From the human T2T-CHM13v2.0 reference genome, Homo sapiens: a stretch of DNA of 64,000 bases. Position 1 is the stretch's first letter. Each line of letters starts with the position of its first letter. Made by a program: the position numbers and the translations under genes. Below, piece after piece: positions 1 through 12,654 of this stretch. The notes under the pieces are model-generated. The model was given only the letters and a program-made list of their open reading frames with translations. It made no database searches and had not been told where the DNA came from. Location: assembly GCF_009914755.1 (NCBI RefSeq), contig NC_060926.1; one strand, written 5' to 3'.

Positions 1-230
1 TGCATGAAGTGCCTAATTCAAAGAAGCTTGAGACTTTTAATTCCAGGTCGACTCTGTCTAGAATACAATCAGAAGAATTTCTGCTTTCCAGTTGCCTATG
101 GCTGAGATTCCCCTTGGGAATGAGTTTATCGTTTTGGAAGACAGGAGGGCTTTTTGGTTCCAGCAAGGCTCCATTTGGCAAATTAGTGAGCCAATGTATT
201 TTGTGATGTCCTGATTAAAGAACAAAATGA

Positions 231-353
231 GCCAGGTGTGGTGGCTTTTACCTGTATTCCCAGCACTTTGGGAGGAAGAGGTGGGAGATCACTTGAGGCC
301 AGGAGTTCAAGACTAGCCTGGGCAATATAGCAAGACTCCAACTCAAAAAAAAA
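231..353 (+). mobile_element. Free left Alu monomer (FLAM)
   Basis: Alu left-arm sequence (gccaggtgtggtggct...cccagcactttgggagg...gaggccaggagttcaagactagcctgggcaa) ending in an A-tail, with no right arm. Confidence 0.9.
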
Positions 354-509
354 TTAATAATGAACAAAACAAAACAACACTACTTAAATTTCTGTAAGTA
401 CTGTGTACTCATCATCAAAATGATGCAAATCACTGTAATTTTCCTGTAAACAATTTTTAATAAGAAAAATCTGTGAAAAAGTAAAAAATCTATTAATAAT
501 TTAATTTAA

Positions 510-625
510 AATTTTAGTTCTGACTCTTATTAGCTATGAGAAGCTACATGAATTATTTAAGCTTTCTTGAATTTCTTGATCTGCAAAATTAAAATAAGAA
601 TGCCTATTTCATAAAACAGTTAAAA
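510..625 (+). mobile_element. MIR-family SINE fragment
   Basis: Degenerate MIR core (tgactcttattagctatg...ttatttaagctttcttga...atctgcaaaat). Confidence 0.5.
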
Positions 626-708
626 AGTCAAAATGAGAGAGAGTCATGAAAAAAATCTCTGAAAAATAGAACTTCTTTTCTCTTTCTATCTTTAAAAGAG
701 CATATAGG

Positions 709-754
709 GTGTGTGTGTGTGCATGCATGTGTGTGATTGTGTGCATGTGTGTGT
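709..754. repeat. (TG)n/TGCA simple repeat
   Basis: gtgtgtgtgtgtgcatgcatgtgtgtg seen directly. Confidence 0.9.
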
Positions 755-1179
755 GGTCAGTTTGTAATAATTCAGGTCATTTTTTCACTTCTTTTCCACT
801 TGTTAAATGAGATATGAGGCTTGTAGTAATGACCCAGAGGACTCTAAAGTACTTTCTTCACTTCTTAAAAAGATCAGATTATAAATTACAGATTCAAGAA
901 TTAATAGTTGTTTCCTGAATCTTTTCATATATTTGGAAAGTATTTATTAATGGCCAAAAATGTGACAATTATTATGTATTCTGTATGTAAGACGCTTCAT
1001 AATGTTCTTTTCATTAGAATGTGGACCTTACCACATTCTGGTCCATCAGGATCATGTTATTTTATGAGTTATTTGTTCCTTGACAAAGTCAGGAAGACAT
1101 ATTGTGCACAACAATGAGAATAGGCAAAGCAATGATTCATTCGTTACTGGATACTTTTCCCTCTCTCCATCCTGCATCG

Positions 1180-1333
1180 TTATAGAATCCCCTAGAAAGC
1201 TTTCAAGAAAATTAATTCAAGGGTCACATCTCAGACCAAGTAAGATCTTGATGGTGAGACCCAGATGTTGAAGTTTCCTAAACTCCTAACTGGATTCTTC
1301 AATGTATAGTCAGAGTTGAAAACCACTGCTCTA
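1180..1333. mobile_element. MER5-like hAT-Charlie MITE
   Basis: tagaatcccctag...gattcttcaatgtatagtcagagttgaaaaccactg resembles a MER5 terminus. Confidence 0.6.
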
Positions 1334-1889
1334 AATGTATTATATAAACCTGCCTTCTTCCCAACTAGGCTAAAACTTTCTTAACAACAAAGTCAAGGCA
1401 TGACGTTATCATTATATCCCCTTTTACCTAGTACAATTCCTAGCACAAAATTAGTAACTCATAAATGTCTGTGAAAATAAGTGTTTTAATATTGATGGTC
1501 TCTGCCACCAACAGGATTTTAAGTCCCTGGATGGTCAGGTATTTATAAAACCTCAAACATAACAAAATACTCTGTAATTGGCTAATGTTTATAAGTGTTT
1601 CTTGAAGCTACTATAGTCCAATTTCAAGCAATCAAGTACTTGGAGAAGCTTTTTATAAATGAAGAAGTTTGGGTGGTCAATCTCTGGTATGGAGACACAT
1701 AAGTATTCTGGATAATACAGCATGACTCTGCAAAAGAATAATTTTGTTTTAGTCTTCCTTGAGTTTTTAGTACTTGGTATTGAAAATAATCAATACAGGT
1801 ATATAAGATGAATTTATGAGTAAATAACCAAATAAGTAGAGAAAGTATATTTTCATGCAAAAGGTAACTTTTTTTTTGCAGATGTGTGA

Positions 1890-2380
1890 AATGCTATGAC
1901 TTATATTTTAACAAGAACATTCTGGGGACTGTATTAAAAACATTGTGAAGTAGGTTAAAGACAAACTGGGTAAAAGCAGGAAGATTATTGCAGTCATCCA
2001 AGAGAGATGATGATGGCTTGGACTGTGGAGGTGACAGTGTAATGGAAACAGTGGTTGGAATCTGTCCATGTTTTGAAGGTGACACCTACAGCTTGTATAA
2101 GAATTGAATATTCAGTGTGAGAAAAAGACAGGAGTCAGGGATAATCCCCAGCTTTTGTGACTTGAGGTACTAGGATTAGATTTGCCGAGACTTAGATGGT
2201 AAAAAACACAAGATGTCAGGGTTTGTGGGGAAGATCAAGAGCTTCATTTGGGGGAAGTTATGTCTGCATACTTAATAGCATAGATTAGCTATAGAAGAAG
2301 GAGACATAAACCTGGGGGGCCTCAGAATACAGAGGGCATATGAAGCAATGAGACTGGAAAAACCAGCGATGAGTGGGAAG
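1890..2380 (-). mobile_element. L2 LINE fragment
   Basis: Typical antisense L2 text (attgcagtcatccaagagagatgatgatggcttggactg...ttttgaaggt). Confidence 0.75.
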
Positions 2381-3081
2381 TGTGAATAATACAGTTATTC
2401 TCAGGTTTCCTTTTCATTTTTATACTCAATGCTCTTTCAAAGGTTTTTAACACATGTATTTACAATATATTATTCCGTTTTATGCATCATTTATTAACTT
2501 AACAATTATGCCTACCAAACACATGGCATTCACAGATTTAATATTTCCAAATCAGACTGTATAGGAATCCGGAAGGTTCACAATGTGTAGAAATGTGTCA
2601 TTTTGTTAAGGCCTGGATATTAACTTTACACCGTAAGTCTAATATGTAGGAAAAAGTCACTAAGCCTAGTTAGCCCACGCCCTTCTTAACCTACCCTTGT
2701 TTTTTGATACTCATACACCTTGGTAAATCTGGTTATATCAGTGTTAGGAATTTTGCCCATTTCTGGACTTTCAGGAAGTTTCCCCGTGAATAGTAATGAT
2801 CTGTTCCATAGTAGGACAGAATGAATTGAAATTATATTCTAGAGCCCCATCCAGTTAAAAATTAAGTCCTGGTAAGCAATTTCAAAGTTATTTCCAGTGC
2901 TATGTTATCCAGGAGCAAGGCTAGGTATTGCGAAAATTTCAATGATAAATATTTCACTTAATTTGACCTCAAGGAACTCACAATTTAGTATAAATATGAC
3001 AGAAATGTGAATTCATATAACACAAGGTGAAACGTGAGAAGGGTCATCAGGAAAAGTCAGTAATGGATGCTATTAATAAGG

Positions 3082-3464
3082 TGTCAGGACCCTCCGGGTT
3101 AGGTTCGTGTGTATTGGCTGCTCCTGGGTAGGTGCTGTCTCCCCAGAGAACCGCTTTCAGCCACATGGAAGACTGACTTTATTTCCCAGGAGGTTGCATA
3201 AAGCCCACAGCCCATGGACCAACAAGGGAGCCTGACCTCCTTGCCTTGAGGATGGACCAACTCAAGACACAGTTCATCTTCCAGAACACACTATGTGAGG
3301 AGGCCAGAGGCAGAGTCCTGCTGAAAACACACGTGTCCTTGGCTCCTCCCCTGCCCAGTACTAATGTCTCTTCCCTTTCTCCTGTTCACAGTCCTTCCTT
3401 TGATGAACCACACGCACCCTAACTTCCATCTCAGGCTCTTCTCTGAAGAATCTGATTATAGATA
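3082..3464 (+). mobile_element. LTR16-like ERVL solo LTR, within antisense L2 remnants
   Basis: ttgccttgaggatggaccaactc... and 3' end ccatctcaggctcttctctgaagaatctgattataga resemble LTR16; flanks are L2-like. Confidence 0.6.
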
Positions 3465-3602
3465 GGTACAGATCAAACACAAAGGAAGTTTGTGCAAAAT
3501 ATTTCCATCAGATAGATAAATCCAGGACGGAGAGCATCGTGGAAGGCATGGTAGTTGGACTTTCTGAGATAAGAAGGATCTGGGTATGAAAAATGAATGG
3601 GA

Positions 3603-3913
<311 letters not shown>

Positions 3914-4701
3914 GAAAAATGAATGGGAAAGGTCTACTCCATGTATGTCAAAGCAGAAGATAGAAGTACAGTTAAGTCCTTCTGGAAAATAATGACTGTA
4001 TGCATTTTTTGCTAGTGAAGTCACTATCTGCATAGCTCAGCCTCAGAGCAGTGTTGAATCCCAAAGACTATGTTCCAGGAACAAAAAGCAATTTTACAGT
4101 AGTTTACCCTTCGCTTCCTTTTCACAAACAGCATAAAGAATGTAAGCAGACCACAGCAATTATGCTTAGGTCTTCTCTCTCCTATCTTTCTTCATATACG
4201 ATAGTCACATTCATGCCTTTCCTGAACCCACATGGCCTACCTCACCTTCTGCACTCCTAGGCCCATTACCTCCTGCCTTTCTTCACCTCTCTTTTTCTCA
4301 TGGTTGTGTTTCATGTGGCCATGAGGACCATGTCTTGCAAGGTCCACCATTCCATGGAGAGCAAGGAAGGGAAACAGGACTAGGAGGTTAAGCTAGGATT
4401 GACTTCACTGACCAGAGTCAGGGAAAACTCCAAGAATGGTTTGATATAAGTAATCTTTATCTCACTATTATTATTAAGGATCTAGATGCATGGTGCAAAG
4501 CGAGGTCATGTTTGTATGTTGAATCTATGCTTCACCACAACCCCGCCATGCCATCCATTTTGCAGACAATTAAGTGGCGGCTCACAAATGTTATTGATAG
4601 GCTTTTGTGATGTGCATGGCCCTTTCCTCTACATCGTTCTGCTCAATGTTACCTTTCTCTCCTTAAACATTTCAAGAGAAGGCAAAACTAGTTTTACTTG
4701 G

Positions 4702-5145
4702 AGTGATGTTTAATTTTATGTGTCAACTTGACTAGTCTAAGGGATGCCCAGACAGCTGGTAAAACATTATTTCTGGGTATATCTGTGAGGGTGTTTCTGG
4801 AAGAAATTGGCACATGAATTGGTAGACTGTGCAAACAATATCTATCCTCACCAATGTTGAAGGCCCTCATCCAATCCCCTGAGGACCTGAATAGAACAAA
4901 AATGTAAAGGAAGGGTGAATTTTCCCTCTGTTTTGAGCTGGGACTTCCATCTTGTGCCCTCCCTCAGGCATCAGAGCTCCCGGTCAAGTCTTTGGACTGG
5001 GACCGAATTACACCACCAGCTTTGATGGTTTTCCAGCTTGCAGATGGACTATGGAACTTCTCAGCCTCCACAATTGCATGAGTCAGTACACGTATATTAC
5101 ATATATTATATTATAATTATATTACATATCTATTAGATATGTTGT
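4702..5145 (+). mobile_element. MLT2 (ERVL) solo LTR
   Basis: Characteristic start gtgatgtttaattttatgtgtcaacttgact...cccagacagctggtaaaacattatttctggg; TA-rich tract near the 3' end. Confidence 0.85.
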
Positions 5146-7534
5146 TTTATATACATGTGGTTTTCTTACTGTTGTTGAAAAACATTTTTAACTTATTCAA
5201 ATTAATCTGAATAATTTCCAAATTTTTTATCATCACCATTAAGGAGTTTTGACTAAGTACTTGTGTTGGTTGCAATTTGGCAACCAACAAAGTAATTTGT
5301 TTCCCTGTGAAATTTAGAAATAGTCTAACAATGCTCATTATGGTTAACTACATAATTCAGTTTACCCCATGCCATCCAAAAAATATGATTATTAACTATT
5401 GCATTTTATTAGATCCAACAGATATAAAGAAAATGTCTCATTGTGACATCAGGAAAACATTCAGATGTGATGTTTGATATTAGAAATGTTGCATTTGTAT
5501 TTATTTGCATTCTGTGGATGTTTCATTTTACCTGTATTTATTGATGTCTACCTTTTCCCTTTATAATATATTTCTACAAAATAAATACATATTTTATATT
5601 TGTGCTTCTTATTATAGTAATAACATAATAAAAAGCACAAATAAAGCATTTGTCATCTTTATTGCAAAATTATATTTAACCAATATTTTTCTATGTATTT
5701 TGAATGCATTTGCATTTATTTCATAGTAAATATTTAATAATCCATAATTATTTTGACCAGTTCTACTGTTGCTTATACTGTCACACACATATTTTTTAAG
5801 AATATTTGAATAATTTTGATGTCATTGTCAATTAAACTTTTTAGGAGAATCTGAACAATGGCTACATTGTCATATGCACATAGAAAGGCAATATAGAAAA
5901 CCAATGATTTGCTGTTTTTCTTTTCATGAAAATCTGGGCAATTGTTAGTTCTATTAGTAAAACAATTAAAGAATCAAGAAACTTGCTTGATAAGAAGTAT
6001 TATTTAAGCCATGCCTTTTTATCAAAATATGTCATGTTCCAATGTAGAAATCATTTAATGATTAACTTGCATTTTGTTCAGAATGACCTACTGAAAATAA
6101 ATGATAATTATTCAATCATATAAGTGAAAAAACAGATGTACAGATCTCTTATGCAGAACACTTTGGATTAATGAGATGTTTTTTAAAAATCAAATTCAAG
6201 CCAGCTATAGAATAGCCCTGGAACTGTCAAGAAGGTCTTTTCTACATTTAGTTTTAATCAATTTGGTTCCAATCAAAGGGATTTTTCAACGCTTGAAACA
6301 CACTGAGAGGTCTGAGGACACAACGTATTTCTAAATTCAACGGGGAAAAATCTATTTTGTGTCATCATTATGACCTTGCTTGGTAATATCATCCCTTTTG
6401 CCCACACCTGGGTGATGTCTTCTTTCTTGGTGGAGCTTAGTATGCCAACCACACACTGCTCTGTGACGTGTTTCCTTGGCAGTGGATCCAAGTCCGTAGC
6501 ATCCATCGAAGGGGTCAGTGAAAGGCAAGCAGCAGGCTGGTGTGAGCTGGACATCTGGCATGTAGTAAATGCATTGAGAAAGCTAATAAACCACTCATTG
6601 TGAATGACTCCTGAAATTGATTCCAACATGAGCAGTTGGGGGAGAAATAAGCTTTTAGGAAGGTCATTTAATGTCATATAGAGTCTTTCTCTACAACCCA
6701 GTTAAACTGCTTAGCAGTTTACAAAGCAAATCCCAGCCCAATTTTGATCTGGTAATTAATTGAGCCTTCTACTCAGGGAAAGTCTGTGCATAGAAACTAG
6801 ATATGGCCATAATTCTTTAGCCTTAATAACTCAGGATTTGAATTGCCAGATGGTCTTTGACACGAGATCGCTGCTGAAGAGAAATGGAAATCACTCCACT
6901 CATGTCAGTGCTTTGTGGATTCCTCACCAGTGACATAGAAGCTTGGTGTATGTAGCTGCACCCCTGCAAGTGCAGTCTTACTGAAGTTCTCATATTAATC
7001 TTACAAACACATTATCAGAAGTGGGAAATGACTAAGGATATGATCAAAGAGGACTCAAATGTTTCTCCAGGTCTCACCTGTGGGAAAGAATACTATTTCT
7101 TACAAAAAGGAAGTGGAAAGGGCTCTATGTCTGTACATGGAACGAGGAAGGTTGAGGTCCTGGAGAGGATGAAGGCCTGGGAAGCTCCACTCTCAGCACC
7201 TGGAAGGACTGCAGGCCTCAGGGACACCAACTAAACAAGCGAGAGTCCAGAACAATGAAATTACAATCAAACCAATGCTGATATGCAATGCTACTAACCA
7301 TGGTTTAATATTTCCTAATTGTCTGTTCCTGCTTCATTTTTTGCATGACATTTTGCAAAATTCATTGCATCTTTTTTCACTAATTAATTAGCAAAAGGTT
7401 ATAAACGAACTTCGTATGTGAAAATCATATGTATTCTTAGGGATAGAAAGAAAAGGTGAAGGTTGGGAGTCTTGGAAGGAGCTACAAAATTTGGTAAAAC
7501 AAACAAATTTTGAAATAAGATATATTTACATTTA

Positions 7535-7660
7535 AACACTGGTCCTGCCGCTTGTTAGTAGTGTGACATTAAGCATGGTACTTTTATTCGTGAAGTCTTG
7601 GACTACTCATTGGAAAAATAAGAATTTTATTATCCACCTAATTGGATGCTATAAAATAGT
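7535..7660 (+). mobile_element. MIR fragment
   Basis: ctgccgcttgttagtagtgtgacattaagcatggtactt matches the MIR core. Confidence 0.55.
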
Positions 7661-8290
7661 AAAAAGGGAAAAATAGCCAGCATGTCCCATGTCCTTGTGA
7701 CAATTTTATAACCTCTTTAAAAGACAAATGGAAATATTTTCAACTCCTGGTTCTGAAGCAAAAAAGAAATGGCAAGTATTGAATTAAAGTTAATATAAGG
7801 AATGTGTAAACTTGCACTTGAAATACTATTTTACTAGAACTCAGTATACGTACCATAGATAATAAGGCAAATGACATATAGGTAGTAGTGAATGAAGGTG
7901 TAGATGAAGCATTGGAAACGTAAATGCTAGGTATAGGAAATGAGCAGGCACTGAGGGCCCAGGAAGGTCAATACTAAATTTCCAAGGCTGACATATGCTT
8001 GGGGTTTTGTTATTCACCTTTGAGCTGAGACAATAAAGCAATAAACAGTTTTATAACTTAATAAGGCAAGAGTATAAAGACATAGTCAAACAGAAGCTGT
8101 AACAGACAGCAAAGCTGGACTTGGAATGACCACTGTCTGGATACAGGCTCAGGAAAAACCACAGACTGGGGAAAAATCACAAAAATGCAGCAGCCCTGTT
8201 CATAGCAAAGCTCAGTGCAATCTTCCCTAGTCAATCCTTTATGGCTCCAGGGGAATGGCCTTGCTTAAAACCTTGTTCCACCATAAAAAG

Positions 8291-8307
8291 GGGTCATTCT
8301 AAGGTCA
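8291..8307 (+). promoter_or_regulatory. DR5 nuclear-receptor (RARE-type) motif match
   Basis: GGGTCA-ttcta-AGGTCA fits RGKTCA N5 RGKTCA; motif only, function not shown. Confidence 0.35.
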
Positions 8308-8834
8308 GATCATAGAAGTCTCATGTCCCACTGACACTGAGTCACCAATCTTGAACGAGAAATGGCGGGACTCTTCTCCATGATTCATCCATTTAGTTAA
8401 AAGCTCCTAGCTTCCTGAAACTGCTGATCAAAATTTTAAATCCTTGGCAATATCATTGTATGTAATAATGTTTAGTGTAATGTATGCATTAGGACAGCAA
8501 TTATCCATCTTGCTGCCGTGTGTGTTGTAATCACTTGTGAACTGATCTAAAAATTATTGTTATAAAAAGAGTTAAGAACAGTTTATTAATGGTTAAAATA
8601 AATTAGAAAATATTTAACTTTATTCCTAAAATGCAATGCATTATTGATACTGTCATGTGGTTTCTTGAAGGGAACTGCAGGGGATGGAATTTTAGATAGT
8701 ACTATGGGAAATGCACTCATTCCAGAACAGTTCTAAATAGGGCAAGTTGTGCATATAAAAGTACTCCTCACATATATGATTTGGTGTGTGGGAGGGTGAT
8801 GAGAGACAAAATTGGGAACTGCTGCGTTTCTTCT

Positions 8835-9261
8835 TAATATAGTTTGGATATTTGTCCCCACTCAAATCTCGTGTTGAAGTGTAACTCCTAATGTTGGAGA
8901 CTGGCAGAGGGATTTGGATAATGGGGGCAGATCCCTCATGAATGGTTTGGGCCAACCCCTTGGTGATTAAGTGAGCTCTTGCCCTGAATTCATATGAGAT
9001 GTGGTCATTTAAAAGTGTTTGGCACCGCCCCCCACTCTGTCTCTTGCGTATTCCTGCTTTTACTACACGACATACCTACTCTGTCTTCACCTTCTGCCAT
9101 GAATGGAAGCTTCCTGAGGCCTCCCTAGATGCCAAGCAGATCTGAGCACCACCATGCTTCCTGTAAAGCCTACAGAACTGTGAGCCAATTAAACCTCTTT
9201 TATTTATAAATTACCCAGTTTCCTGTATTTCTTTATAGCAATGCAAGAACTGCCTAATGCA
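8835..9261 (+). mobile_element. MST (MSTA1/MSTB-like) MaLR solo LTR
   Basis: atatagtttggatatttgtcccc...cagaactgtgagccaattaaacctcttt...ataaattacccagt...ctaatgca. Confidence 0.88.
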
Positions 9262-9331
9262 TATATGGAAATAAGACCTGCATCATTTTAAAGCAATGTT
9301 CCAACATTGCAATTAAAAGTGATTCACAAGA

Positions 9332-9612
9332 TGTTATGAGCTGAATGTTTGTGCCGACCCCCCCAAATACATACGTTGCAATCTAAACCCCCAATATAAT
9401 AGTATTAGGAGGTGAGGCCTTTAGGCTGTGATTAGGTCATGAGGATGGAGCTCATGAATAAAATTAGTGCCCTTCTAAGAAGAAACAGAAGAACGATGAT
9501 TTTTCTCTCAACCATGCGAGGGCATAATGAGAGGACACCCATCTGCAAACCAGGAGCAGAGCCCTCGCCAGACACCAGATCTGCCAGTAGCTTAATCTAG
9601 GATCTCCAGCCC
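9332..9612 (+). mobile_element. MLT1A-like MaLR LTR, 3'-truncated
   Basis: tgttatgagctgaatgtttgtg...gtattaggaggtgaggccttt...gattaggtcatgagg...cagacaccagatctgcc. Confidence 0.8.
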
Positions 9613-9737
9613 ATTACTGCTTGGTTGGAAGTAGTGATGAAGTGTCTTCTGTGCATTCCTTTTAAATTGATGCCTCCCATGTTTCTGGTAAAATACTAAA
9701 AAATAATTTTGAGTTTTTAGAGGACACAAAGAATTCA

Positions 9738-10033
<296 letters not shown>

Positions 10034-10052
10034 AAAGAATTCACATTAAAAA

Positions 10053-10195
10053 GGCCAGAACTAGATAAGACACCTAGGACACAAATTTTAAGGAGACACT
10101 CTTTCTTAGTTTCCTGCAAGTGTTGACCTTGTATTTGTAGTACCTCCTTAAACGATTTGCCCTGAATGCCTCTCTGCCTTCACCTTAGTCCCTGT
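10053..10195. mobile_element. MER96-like palindromic hAT MITE
   Basis: Imperfect palindrome: cacaaattttaaggag...tgcaagtg...cctccttaaa...gccttcaccttagtccc. Confidence 0.6.
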
Positions 10196-10559
10196 TCAGC
10201 TTGTCCCAATATGAAATAAAACAGACAATGGGCACTCCAAATTATGGAAATATCAAAGGAGAAAGGGAAATATCAGCTTGGGGAGTTATTAAACCTTTTG
10301 GACTAAATGTATGCATCTTCTAGGGGCTTTGGAGATAATATTTTAGAATCTATAATATAGTTAGGTTGCTTATGAGTAAAATAAATGGCCTGAGGGGGAA
10401 AGTTTTTTGTAATTCAAAAAGTGAACTGCCATCAGCTGATGATTAGTTTTAACCCTCTTGATGAGAATGCATTATTCACTTAAGATATTAAGGTGGTGAA
10501 AGGGAGCAGGCAGAGAGCCACTCATATTCAGAACTTTTAATATAAAGCTATAAAATGAT

Positions 10560-12654
10560 ATTAAAAAATGAAAAAAATTCCCTTGAAAGACATAATGAGA
10601 CCAGAATTACTCAGTAAAAAATTAGATAACTTGAATAATCTTAATTCTACTAAGTAAGTGGAATTTGTAGTAAAAACCTTCCACAAAAGAAAATTCAAAA
10701 CATAAATATATTCACTAGCAAATTCTACAAAAATTCTCCTTAACAATTTATAGTAATTCTACACAAATTCTTTCAAAATATGAGTAAAAGACCACTTCCC
10801 AACTTATTTGATGAAGCTAGCATTAAACTAACATTGAAACCAGAAAAAGATATCAGAAGAAAAAAAGATACATAGCATAAAATCACTTACATATATGTGT
10901 GAGATATATATATGACTGATATATATATGATATATATATACATATGACAGATATATATAAACACAAATGTCCTTACAGAATACTAACAAATTGAATCCAC
11001 CAAAATAGAATGCATCATGATCAAGTAGAGATTAGTCTGAGAATGCAAGGCTGGTTCAATATTTAAAAATAAAATCAATCTGTACAATTCATCATGAAAA
11101 AACTAAAAAGTGTAAAAAAAAGAAATTATATTGATACATGAAGAAACAGTCTTTGATAAAATTCAAAATGCATTCATGATTCTTTCAAAAGTCAGCAAAT
11201 TAGATATAGAAATAAACTTCCTCAACCAAATATAAGACATCATCAAAAAAATCATGCTACTACTATTAAACATTATACTAGAGATCTTAGCAAGTTCAAT
11301 AAACACAATACAGAAAAAAGACAAGAAAACTGAAAATAAATAAAACATTATTATTATTATTATTATTATTTTTTGAGACAAGGTCTCGCTCAGGCTGGAG
11401 TGCAGTAGCACAATCTCTACTTGCTGCAGCCTCGGTTTCCTGGGCTCAAGTAATCCTCCCACCTCAGCCTTCCAAGTAGCTGGGACTACAGGTGCCTGCA
11501 CCACCATGCCTAGCTAATTTTTGTATTTTCTGTAGGGACACATTTTCGCCATATTGCCCAGGCTGGTCTCAAACTCCTGAGCTCAAGGGATCTGCCGCCT
11601 TGGCCTCCCAAAGTGTTGGAATTACAGGCATGAGACACTGTGCCCAGCCATTTTCTTTTTCTTTTTTTTTTTTTTTTTTTTTTTGTAGATGACATGAATT
11701 GGTTACAAAGAGAATCCAAAAGAATCTTTAAACAGAATTAATACTAAGTTTGGAAAGGCATGAGAGTACAATGCCAGTATAGAAAAACTAATGGTATCTA
11801 AATATGTTAGCCACAAAAAATGAAAATTGATTTGAAAAATGGTATCATTTACAATAGTACAATAAGCTTGAGGTAGTTACAAAACTTTAAAAATTTATGC
11901 AAAATCTGTATGCTAAAATTTTGTTTCAAATATTGATGTAATAAATAATGTACAATCTAATTAAATGGAAATATATACTTTGTCATAGAATGGAAGATTC
12001 GATGTTGTCAACTCTCTCAATTTGTCTATAGATTCAACACAATTCCAATCAATTTATATAGAAAGACAAAGTAACTAGAACCCATAATACAAATTGAAAA
12101 AGAAAAAACAAAGTTAGGAGGACTCACATTGATGCCCAGATTTGATGTAAAGCTACACCACTCAAGACTGACATTACAGAAAGAGTGGACATCTAGATCA
12201 ATGGACATGAATAGAATCCACATATATAATCATGCGTATATGCCCAGTTGATTTTTATCTAAGGTGCAAAGGCAATTCAGTGGAGATGGGATAGTCTTTA
12301 CAAATGATGCTGGAACAATCAGATTTCTATATGTAATACAAGAAACCACAATCAATATCTTGCACTCTACACAAAAATTAACTCTATAAGGATCATAGAC
12401 CTAAATACAAAACTGAAAATTACAAAATTTCTAGTTGAGAACATAGGAGGAAATCTTATGATTTGAACTTAGATTAAATTCAAAAAAATCATCTATTAAA
12501 GAAAAAATGATAAATTGAATCTCATCAAAAGAAAGAACATCTACTCTTTAAAATATAGTATTGAAAGAAAGATAAGGCAGCTATACATTGGAAAAATATT
12601 TTTAAATCACACATTTTGCGAAAGACTTGCATCCACAATATACAAAGAATATTC
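10560..12654 (+). mobile_element. Old L1M ORF2 relic (5' part of interrupted element)
   Basis: A-rich degenerate ORF2 text (gaatgcaaggctggttcaat; gtagatgacatga; tgctggaacaa; gatcatagacctaaat); many stops. Confidence 0.85.
11347..11649 (-). mobile_element. AluJ inserted in L1M
   Basis: Antisense Alu with J-type features (cctgggctcaagtaatcctccc; cctgagctcaag) and an (ATT)n tail. Confidence 0.92.
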
